From assembly GCA_965233585.1 (NCBI GenBank), contig CBDDTI010000653.1, forward strand, positions 1 to 16,235: a stretch of DNA of 16,235 nucleotides. The letters run 5' to 3'. Under the pieces are notes generated by a model. The model had not been told where the DNA came from. It worked only from the letters and a program-made list of their open reading frames with translations, and searched no databases. The translations under genes and the position numbers were made by a program. Origin of the DNA: a bacterium (GTDB taxonomy: Bacteria; SAR324; NAC60-12). This document shows, in pieces, positions 1 through 9,245 of this stretch (positions are counted from its first letter, which is position 1; every line of letters begins with the position of its first letter).

Positions 1-1267
1 GAACTTCAGGATCAGAAGTTACTTGGTTGTAGTTGAAAATGATATTTCTAATAGGATTTTTATACTGATAGCAAATAAGAGGAGGTTCAAGATTCTCGAA
101 ATACTGAGGAATTTTAGAGGTGACTCTATGATCTCTGAAAATGTTGGAAATATTGAGCAAGTCCAAGCCTTGATTAACGAACTTAATTTTGATAAACTGT
201 GTTTTAGGAGGAAGTGTTGGTATGCGGGGAAAGAGTTTATTAAACGAAAAGGCCATAATCATTTTAAGTTTGAATCAATCTGAATGTCGTATACTTCTGC
301 GGTCAGCCTCATCCAGGATTGGTTTCAGTCGAGACACTGGAATAGAAGAGAGTGCATGTAAAAGCTCATGTCGACCGTTATTTTTCGCGATTCGCAAAAG
401 GTCATCCAAGGACCTATTCAGTCTTTGTTTTCTCCTAGAGAGACCATTGCGACGCACACCATGAGATCGACGCTTTCTGCGAACATCTGGTTTTAATGAG
501 AAGACGTTAATGTTTGAGCGTACGGATGATATATTCCCTTGTTGGTAGATCTGGTCATTAAGGCCAAGAGGATACGGTGTCTGTAGTCGCTTTATCCAGT
601 TGAGTTCGGCCGAAAGTCTGTGTTTTTTCATATCATTTTTAGAATCCCCAGGTTGTTTGGAAAGACTTTCAACTGGAGTTATAGTAACATTTTCTATGGA
701 ATGATTATATTTAATGAAGTGATCGTATAAGAAATTCTTGTATTTGCGTCTAGAAATGTTTCGGATTTTAAACGAATGACTGCGGAAGCGACCTTTCAGA
801 CTTTGAGATGTTTCCCCGACGTACTGAGCGCCACAACCCCTGGCTTCTCATGTAATAACGTATATCAAATTTGAACTATTTCAGTCAACATCTTTGTCGA
901 TTTGGATGCCGTATCTGTTGCCATTGATGGAGGATGTTATAGTTGACTTGCATGAGATATGGTGGCATGTTAAACATCTCCTAGCATTGCACATCGATAT
1001 CTTAGAAAACCTTCTGTTAATACGATTAGCAAGACGAAAGGACTTTGCAGTCCGACCTAAGTTAGAAACTGACTGAGGTTTGGAATTTGGGGAACCAAAG
1101 TGAAGGGGAGAAAGTGAAACTTTAGTAGTAGTAAACAGCTTTTTACCAGAAACGCCAGGAAGATGCAGTGAAGATACAGAAGGCAATCTAAGAGGAGTGA
1201 GTAAAATTCGAGGTGATCTATGTTTGCAATTCAATAAATTTGTAGCCATATTGAGGTTCCGGTACAT
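1..1267 (-). CDS. Partial (N-terminal) GIY-YIG/RT polyprotein with in-frame UGA (putative Sec) codons
   Basis: ATG at 1267. The frame continues through TGA at 881-883, 848-850 and 275-277. Reads DVD*NSSNLIYVIT*EARGCGAQYVGETSQSLKGRFRSH ... ELNWIKRLQTPYPLGLND, a PLE GIY-YIG domain. Confidence 0.8.
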
Positions 1268-1414
1268 GTTGGGAAAAGATTCCGTAGTATAAAGGAATCT
1301 ATCACACAACTAAGTCAGAACTCGAATGAGATGAATAATGACACTTTAAACACCCGGACGCGGGGAACCTTGTTACAACGCTCCACACTGCAGCCGAGAA
1401 TAAGTGTAGATATT
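1..1414 (-). mobile_element. Naiad-type PLE unit A (5' part only; runs off the left window edge)
   Basis: Matches 3553-4966 apart from a few SNPs and contains the N-terminal and GIY-YIG coding region. The boundary is inferred from the recurring AAGAGAAAAAGGAAGAGATCTGACTCAG junction. Confidence 0.85.
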
Positions 1415-1638
1415 AAGAGAAAAAGGAAGAGATCTGACTCAGTCCTATGACAAAAGCCCCTAAACCAACAGAAATGTCAAAAGGGCAAAGTGACAACACA
1501 TTACACGTAAGGCATAGATGATAAATATAATATAGCAAAAATATATATGGTGACATCCGAATAGGGCAGGCTATGCTCCGCCCGGCTGAAAGCGAGCTCA
1601 GGTCTGATGGCTGAAGGAGTCCCGACTAACAATCAGAG

Positions 1639-1701
1639 GGGACGAAGATCAGGACCCTGTCGCCTCTGAGGAGGTTTAGACAAGGCCCGTCATATAGTCC
1701 C
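1639..1701 (-). promoter_or_regulatory. SECIS element (eukaryotic type II), unit B
   Basis: Identical to the hairpin at 5424-5486. Confidence 0.85.
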
Positions 1702-1711
1702 AACCGCCTTG

Positions 1712-4700
1712 TTAGTCAGAGTGCAATGCTTTAGGAAAAGTCTGCACAAGGCTGTACAAGGGCCAAGCACGTTTAACTATTTTCGAACCCGACGAGATGA
1801 AATTCGGTGTGTCTTTGACCCTCCTTAGTTTGTAAACTAGATCACCGTAGAAGACCGGGTGAGAGATTCCTTTAAATACATATTCTTGGAACGAAATATC
1901 ACCAAATTTAGACAGAAGTTCGGAGTACGATCTAAAGAACTTTCCAAATGTTTTTCGAAGCTTGTGATATCTATAACCCTGTGTAAGCAGTTTTGAAGTA
2001 ATTTGGAGATTTTTAGAATGGAAATCCAAAACGCTAGTACAACATCTAGCAAATCTAACCAACTGCGAAATGTAAATACCGTAGGATGGGAGTCTTGGAA
2101 CGTCACCACTCAACCATGGGAAATTAACAATAGGAAATCCGAAGTCATCGCGTTTGTCGTAAACGCTGGTATGAATGTCACTGCCAATAACTTTAATATT
2201 TAAATCCAAGAAAGAAGTTTCTTTGTCCGAAGTGTTTGCTTTATTTAACTGAAGTTCTGCTGGATATATGTCGGGAATATATTTCTCAAATTCAGGGTTA
2301 TCGATGGTGAATATATCGTCAAGATATCGAGAGGTATCATTAAACATGTCTATGAGGTCATGACGTTTAGATTTCTGAAGGTCAGACATAAAGTCCCTCT
2401 CATAACAATATAAAAATAAGTCGGCTATAAGTGGAGCACAGTTAGTGCCCATAGGAATCCCTACTATTTGTTGATATACCATGCCATCAAATTGCACATA
2501 TATGTTTTCCATGAGGAAAGTAAAAGCTTCACATAACTCCGCGCAAGACCAACATCTATACGAGTCATATTTCTTGTTGCTAAAAAATCCTGCCTTAAGT
2601 GAAGTACAGAGGTAAGATTTTGACTCTCTGTTGAAACACCAGTTGACCAGAGACAACACTTTTGCTTTGATCAGATCATGTGGCAATGAGGTGTATAAAG
2701 TAGAAAAGTCGAAAGAAGATACTTGAGAACCCTGAAAGTTACGCAGTCGCAACTTTTCGATGACCTCGGAAGAGTTTTTAATGGACCAAAAATAATTGAC
2801 ATTACTATTGCTAAAAGCAGTTTCACTGTACTTCATAACATGATCTTTGACAGCTGTAAGAGCAGATGTAATATGCTTAGAAAGAATGGTAGTAGAGCAG
2901 TGACTTGAATTTGATATAAAACGCGATTTATAAGGACGTTTGTGTAATTTTGGCAACCAATAAAATGTAGGCAGTTCACATTTATCAATTTTGACATTGA
3001 TTTTGGTGAGAGTATTGATGTGATGCACAAGAAGTTGGTCTTTCGTCAACTGAGCAGGTACATATGTACTCGTAGAATTCAATTCCCCTTTCAAAACCTC
3101 CACGTAGTGTCGTTTTCAAATAATGATCACGTTATTCGCTGCTTTATCGGCAGGAGCAAAGACATATTTACGGTGTAATTTCTCCATTTTCTTTTTCAAT
3201 GACTTGACCGAACGACTGGGTGGCTGTTTGTACAAATGTGGATGTTTAGTAAAATTGTCTATTCTGATGTCAATGACGCGTAAAAATTCATTTTTCCAGT
3301 CGTTAAGGGCATGCACTCCGACGCCTTCCTTTTTAGACCAACGTTTACAATATGTCTGAAGTGCATCCTCGACAATATCCCGGCATTTAGTAAAATCAAT
3401 CCTGGATGGAAGTCTATATTTAGGCCCTTTCTTAAAGAGTGACTGTAATCCTTTGTCAGGAATACAAGTAAGGTCACCTGTGACAACATGTCCAGCAGGT
3501 GGATACAGAAACGGCGAGTCCGCACAAGATCATGATGGCTGAATGGAACTCAGAACATCAGGATCAGAAGTTACTTGGTTGTAGTTGAAAATGATATTTC
3601 TAATAGGATTTTTATACTGATAGCAAATAAGAGGAGGTTCAAGATTCTCGAAATACTGAGGAATTTTAGAGGTGACTCTATGATCTCTGAAAATGTTGGA
3701 AATATTGAGCAAGTCCAAGCCTTGATTAACGAACTTAATTTTGATAAACTGTGTTTTAGGAGGAAGTGTTGGTATGCGGGGAAAGAGTTTATTAAACGAA
3801 AAGGCCATAATCATTTTAAGTTTGAATCAATCTGAATGTCGTAAACTTCTGCGGTCAGCCTCATCCAGGATTGGTTTCAGTCGAGACACTGGAATAGAAG
3901 AGAGTGCATGTAAAAGCTCATGTCGACCGTTATTTTTCGCGATTCGCAAAAGGTCATCCAAGGACCTATTCAGTCTTTGTTTTCTCCTAGAGAGACCATT
4001 GCGACGCACACCATGAGATCGACGCTTTCTGCGAACATCTGGTTTTAATGAGAAGACGTTAATGTTTGAGCGAACGGATGATATATTCCCTTGTTGGTAG
4101 ATCTGGTCATTAAGGCCAAGAGGATACGGTGTCTGTAGTCGCTTTATCCAGTTGAGTTCGGCCGAAAGTCTGCGTTTTTTCATATCATTTTTAGAATCCC
4201 CAGGTTGTTTGGAAAGAATTTCAACTGGAGTTATAGTAACATTTTCTATGGAATGATTATATTTAATGAAGTGATCGTATAAGAAATTCTTGTATTTGCG
4301 TCTAGAATTGTTTCGGATTTTAAACGAATGACTGCGGAAGCGACCTTTCAGACTTTGAGATGTTTCGCCGACGTACTGAGCACCACAACCCCTGGCTTCT
4401 CATGTAATAACGTATATCAAATTTGAACTATTTCAGTCAACATCTTTGTCGATTTGGATGCCGTATCTGTTGCCATTGATGGAGGATGTTATAGTTGACT
4501 TGCATGAGATATGGTGGCATGTTAAACATCTCCTAGCATTGCACATGGATATCTTAGAAAACCTTCTGTTAATACGATTAGCAAGACGAAAGGACTTTGC
4601 AGTCCGACCTAAGTTAGAAACTGACTGAGGTTTGGAATTTGGGGAACCAAAGTGAAGGGGAGAAAGTGAAACTTTAGTAGTAGTAAACAGCTTTTTACCA

Positions 4701-4819
4701 GAAACGCCAGGAAGATGCAGTGAAGATACAGAAGGCAATCTAAGAGGAGTGAGTAAAATTCGAGGTGATCTATGTTTGCAATTCAATAAATTTGTAGCCA
4801 TATTGAGGTTCCGGTACAT
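1712..4819 (-). CDS. GIY-YIG-CxC-RT selenoprotein, ~1035 aa, with C-terminus frameshifted by a 53-bp deletion (ends at TAA; possibly defective)
   Basis: One frame with TGA at 4433, 4400, 3827, 3530 and 3116. RT motifs SFDFSTLYT, QIVGIPMGTNCAP and RYLDD are intact. After KIVKR it shifts to AWPLYSLVQTFPKALHSD. Confidence 0.75.
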
Positions 4820-5070
4820 GTTGGGAAAAGATTCCGTAGTATAAAGGAATCTATCACACAACTAAGTCAGAACTCGAATGAGATGAATAATGACACTTTA
4901 AACACCCGGACGCGGGGAACCTTGTTACAACGCTCCACACTGCAGCCGAGAATAAGTGTAGATATTAAGAGAAAAAGGAAGAGATCTGACTCAGTCCTAT
5001 GACAAAAGCCCCTACACCAACAGAAATGTCAAAAGGGCAAAGTGACAACACAAACAACGCCACAAAAAAG

Positions 5071-5197
5071 TTCGATTAAACAGCGGTTGCGGACCGACTT
5101 AGGACGGTCAGTCGGAGTAACTACAGCCACCCAACTGGTGTGGTTAACCGGTTTACGGGCCCACCTTCCCACTAACCGCAACAGCCGTTTAATCAAA
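5071..5197 (-). other. Structured 3' UTR RNA element (22-position closing stem, internal hairpins), unit C
   Basis: UUUGAUUAAACGGCUGUUGCGG pairs with CCGCAACCGCUGUUUAAUCGAA at 21 of 22 positions, including 2 G-U. Internal hairpin CCGACU/AGUCGG. Confidence 0.65.
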
Positions 5198-5423
5198 AGG
5201 ACACACGTTTAAAAATTTGTAAATAAACCTCCTTATATAGACAACAAACCAACAGCCACCCCAAGCGGAGAGGTCATAAAAATCGTTACACGTAAGGCAT
5301 AGATGATAAATATAATATAGCAAAAATATATATGGTGACATCCGAATAGGGCAGGCTATGCTCCGCCCGGCTGAAAGCGAGCTCAGGTCTGATGGCTGAA
5401 GGAGTCCCGACTAACAATCAGAG

Positions 5424-5486
5424 GGGACGAAGATCAGGACCCTGTCGCCTCTGAGGAGGTTTAGACAAGGCCCGTCATATAGTCCC
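5424..5486 (-). promoter_or_regulatory. SECIS element (eukaryotic type II), unit C
   Basis: Sense RNA: GGGAC-UAU-AUGAC-GGGCCUUGUC-U-AAA-CCUC-CUCA-GAGG-C-GACAGGGUCC-UGAU-CUUC-GUCCC. It has helix I (GGGAC/GUCCC), the AUGA/GA core, a 10-bp helix II with 2 G-U pairs, unpaired AAA, and an apical mini-stem CCUC/GAGG. Confidence 0.9.
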
Positions 5487-8400
5487 AACCGCCTTGTTAG
5501 TCAGAGTGCAATGCTTTAGGAAAAGTCTGCACAAGGCTGTACAAGGGCCAAGCACAAGACCTATAGTCGTCTCGATGATCAATGGGTCATACTGTCGTCG
5601 TCGAAGGCGTTTAACTATTTTCGAACCCGACGAGATGAAATTCGGTGTGTCTTTGACCCTCCTTAGTTTGTAAACTAGATCACCGTAGAAGACCGGGTGA
5701 GAGATTCCTTTAAATACATATTCTTGGAACGAAATATCACCAAATTTAGACAGAAGTTCGGAGTACGATCTAAAGAACTTTCCAAATGTTTTTCGAAGCT
5801 TGTGATATCTATAACCCTGTGTAAGCAGTTTTGAAGTAATTTGGAGATTTTTAGAATGGAAATCCAAAACGCTAGTACAACATCTAGCAAATCTAACCAA
5901 CTGCGAAATGTAAATACCGTAGGATGGGAGTCTTGGAACGTCACCACTCAACCATGGGAAATTAACAATAGGAAATCCGAAGTCATCGCGTTTGTCGTAA
6001 ACGCTGGTATGAATGTCACTGCCAATAACTTTAATATTTAAATCCAAGAAAGAAGTTTCTTTGTCCGAAGTGTTTGCTTTATTTAACTGAAGTTCTGCTG
6101 GATATATGTCGGGAATATATTTCTCAAATTCAGGGTTATCGATGGTGAATATATCGTCAAGATATCGAGAGGTATCATTAAACATGTCTATGAGGTCATG
6201 ACGTTTAGATTTCTGAAGGTCAGACATAAAGTCCCTCTCATAACAATATAAAAATAAGTCGGCTATAAGTGGAGCACAGTTAGTGCCCATAGGAATCCCT
6301 ACTATTTGTTGATATACCATGCCATCAAATTGCACATATATGTTTTCCATGAGGAAAGTAAAAGCTTCACATAACTCCGCGCAAGACCAACATCTATACG
6401 AGTCATATTTCTTGTTGCTAAAAAATCCTGCCTTAAGTGAAGTACAGAGGTAAGATTTTGACTCTCTGTTGAAACACCAGTTGACCAGAGACAACACTTT
6501 TGCTTTGATCAGATCATGTGGCAATGAGGTGTATAAAGTAGAAAAGTCGAAAGAAGATACTTGAGAACCCTGAAAGTTACGCAGTCGCAACTTTTCGATG
6601 ACCTCGGAAGAGTTTTTAATGGACCAAAAATAATTGACATTACTATTGCTAAAAGCAGTTTCACTGTACTTCATAACATGATCTTTGACAGCTGTAAGAG
6701 CAGATGTAATATGCTTAGAAAGAATGGTAGTAGAGCAGTGACTTGAATTTGATATAAAACGCGATTTATAAGGACGTTTGTGTAATTTTGGCAACCAATA
6801 AAATGTAGGCAGTTCACATTTATCAATTTTGACATTGATTTTGGTGAGAGTATTGATGTGATGCACAAGAAGTTGGTCTTTCGTCAACTGAGCAGGTACA
6901 TATGTACTCGTAGAATTCAATTCCCCTTTCAAAACCTCCACGTAGTGTCGTTTTCAAATAATGATCACGTTATTCGCTGCTTTATCGGCAGGAGCAAAGA
7001 CATATTTACGGTGTAATTTCTCCATTTTCTTTTTCAATGACTTGACCGAACGACTGGGTGGCTGTTTGTACAAATGTGGATGTTTAGTAAAATTGTCTAT
7101 TCTGATGTCAATGACGCGTAAAAATTCATTTTTCCAGTCGTTAAGGGCATGCACTCCGACGCCTTCCTTTTTAGACCAACGTTTACAATATGTCTGAAGT
7201 GCATCCTCGACAATATCCCGGCATTTAGTAAAATCAATCCTGGATGGAAGTCTATATTTAGGCCCTTTCTTAAAGAGTGACTGTAATCCTTTGTCAGGAA
7301 TACAAGTAAGGTCACCTGTGACAACATGTCCAGCAGGTGGATACAGAAACGGCGAGTCCGCACAAGATCATGATGGCTGAATGGAACTCAGAACATCAGG
7401 ATCAGAAGTTACTTGGTTGTAGTTGAAAATGATATTTCTAATAGGATTTTTATACTGATAGCAAATAAGAGGAGGTTCAAGATTCTCGAAATACTGAGGA
7501 ATTTTAGAGGTGACTCTATGATCTCTGAAAATGTTGGAAATATTGAGCAAGTCCAAGCCTTGATTAACGAACTTAATTTTGATAAACTGTGTTTTAGGAG
7601 GAAGTGTTGGTATGCGGGGAAAGAGTTTATTAAACGAAAAGGCCATAATCATTTTAAGTTTGAATCAATCTGAATGTCGTAAACTTCTGCGGTCAGCCTC
7701 ATCCAGGATTGGTTTCAGTCGAGACACTGGAATAGAAGAGAGTGCATGTAAAAGCTCATGTCGACCGTTATTTTTCGCGATTCGCAAAAGGTCATCCAAG
7801 GACCTATTCAGTCTTTGTTTTCTCCTAGAGAGACCATTGCGACGCACACCATGAGATCGACGCTTTCTGCGAACATCTGGTTTTAATGAGAAGACGTTAA
7901 TGTTTGAGCGAACGGATGATATATTCCCTTGTTGGTAGATCTGGTCATTAAGGCCAAGAGGATACGGTGTCTGTAGTCGCTTTATCCAGTTGAGTTCGGC
8001 CGAAAGTCTGCGTTTTTTCATATCATTTTTAGAATCCCCAGGTTGTTTGGAAAGAATTTCAACTGGAGTTATAGTAACATTTTCTATGGAATGATTATAT
8101 TTAATGAAGTGATCGTATAAGAAATTCTTGTATTTGCGTCTAGAATTGTTTCGGATTTTAAACGAATGACTGCGGAAGCGACCTTTCAGACTTTGAGATG
8201 TTTCGCCGACGTACTGAGCACCACAACCCCTGGCTTCTCATGTAATAACGTATATCAAATTTGAACTATTTCAGTCAACATCTTTGTCGATTTGGATGCC
8301 GTATCTGTTGCCATTGATGGAGGATGTTATAGTTGACTTGCATGAGATATGGTGGCATGTTAAACATCTCCTAGCATTGCACATGGATATCTTAGAAAAC

Positions 8401-8657
8401 CTTCTGTTAATACGATTAGCAAGACGAAAGGACTTTGCAGTCCGACCTAAGTTAGAAACTGACTGAGGTTTGGAATTTGGGGAACCAAAGTGAAGGGGAG
8501 AAAGTGAAACTTTAGTAGTAGTAAACAGCTTTTTACCAGAAACGCCAGGAAGATGCAGTGAAGATACAGAAGGCAATCTAAGAGGAGTGAGTAAAATTCG
8601 AGGTGATCTATGTTTGCAATTCAATAAATTTGTAGCCATATTGAGGTTCCGGTACAT
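5475..8657 (-). CDS. Full-length Naiad PLE polyprotein, ~1060 aa: N-terminal Cys-rich/GIY-YIG endonuclease, CxC linker, reverse transcriptase; 5 putative selenocysteines
   Basis: First ATG at 8657 (open from 8699; a second ATG at 8639 has a better Kozak context). Track ORFs 8271-8699, 7665-8021, 7368-7652, 6954-7154 and 5475-6941 are in one frame, separated only by TGA at 8271, 8238, 7665, 7368 and 6954. Motifs: CxxxxCxxC, LIY...YVGET, *SCADSPFLYPPAGHVVTGDL, DKAANN, YWLPKLHK, SRFI, FDFSTLYT, GIPMG, YLDD, FLDL, YDKRDDF. Confidence 0.9.
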
Positions 8658-8829
8658 GTTGGGAAAAGATTCCGTAGTATAAAGGAATCTATCACACAAC
8701 TAAGTCAGAACTCGAATGAGATATTAAGAGAAAAAGGAAGAGATCTGACTCAGTCCTATGACAAAAGCCCCTACACCAACAGAAATGTCAAAAGGGCAAA
8801 GTGACAACACAAACAACGCCACAAAAAAG

Positions 8830-8956
8830 TTCGATTAAACAGCGGTTGCGGACCGACTTAGGACGGTCAGTCGGAGTAACTACAGCCACCCAACTGGTGT
8901 GGTTAACCGGTTTACGGGCCCACCTTCCCACTAACCGCAACAGCCGTTTAATCAAA
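8830..8956 (-). other. Structured 3' UTR RNA element, unit D
   Basis: Identical to 5071-5197. Confidence 0.65.
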
Positions 8957-9182
8957 AGGACACACGTTTAAAAATTTGTAAATAAACCTCCTTATATAGA
9001 CAACAAACCAACAGCCACCCCAAGCGGAGAGGTCATAAAAATCGTTACACGTAAGGCATAGATGATAAATATAATATAGCAAAAATATATATGGTGACAT
9101 CCGAATAGGGCAGGCTATGCTCCGCCCGGCTGAAAGCGAGCTCAGGTCTGATGGCTGAAGGAGTCCCGACTAACAATCAGAG

Positions 9183-9245
9183 GGGACGAAGATCAGGACC
9201 CTGTCGCCTCTGAGGAGGTTTAGACAAGGCCCGTCATATAGTCCC
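9183..9245 (-). promoter_or_regulatory. SECIS element (eukaryotic type II), unit D
   Basis: Identical to 5424-5486. Confidence 0.9.

Larger units (their letters stand above)
1415..4966 (-). mobile_element. Naiad-type PLE unit B (3552 bp; 233-bp deletion in the 3' UTR and 53-bp deletion in the ORF C-terminus)
   Basis: Aligned to unit C, it lacks the equivalents of 5053-5285 (junction 1500/1501) and 5556-5608 (junction 1770/1771). Confidence 0.88.
4967..8725 (-). mobile_element. Naiad-type PLE unit C (3759 bp; intact ORF, 79-bp deletion in the 5' leader)
   Basis: Full ORF, SECIS and 3' UTR are present. It lacks the equivalent of 12482-12560, which lies between two AGAT direct repeats. Confidence 0.9.

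Noticed and set aside
4986..4994. CTGACTCAG palindrome containing an AP-1-like TGACTCA site
   Set aside because: A short motif expected by chance, with no supporting evidence.
4995..5050. Small pseudoknot or hairpins near the 3' terminus (GCCCUU/AGGGGC, UGACA/UGUCA)
   Set aside because: The stems are only 5-6 bp with competing alternatives and cannot be supported without covariation data.
5220..5285. Second SECIS starting at sense AUGACCUCU
   Set aside because: It may form a hairpin with GGAGGUUUAU, but has no correctly spaced apical AA and no opposing GA.
5355..5410. Hammerhead ribozyme near CTGAAAG/CTGATGG
   Set aside because: It is on the antisense strand and lacks an exact CUGANGA plus downstream GAAA core with supporting stems.
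5475..6941. Bacterial retron, group II intron, DGR or defence-associated RT with accessory small ORFs
   Set aside because: The motifs (YWLPKLHK, FDFSTLYT, GIPMG, YDKRDDF), the in-frame GIY-YIG domain and the eukaryotic SECIS fit a Penelope-like element. The small upstream ORFs are pieces of the same frame.
5475..8657. UGA = Trp (genetic code 4) or simple pseudogene decay
   Set aside because: TGG is used for Trp, the UGAs fall mostly at Cys-type positions, all five stops are TGA with no indels in C/D, and a SECIS is present. Genome-wide UGA = Cys recoding cannot be formally excluded but would not explain the SECIS.
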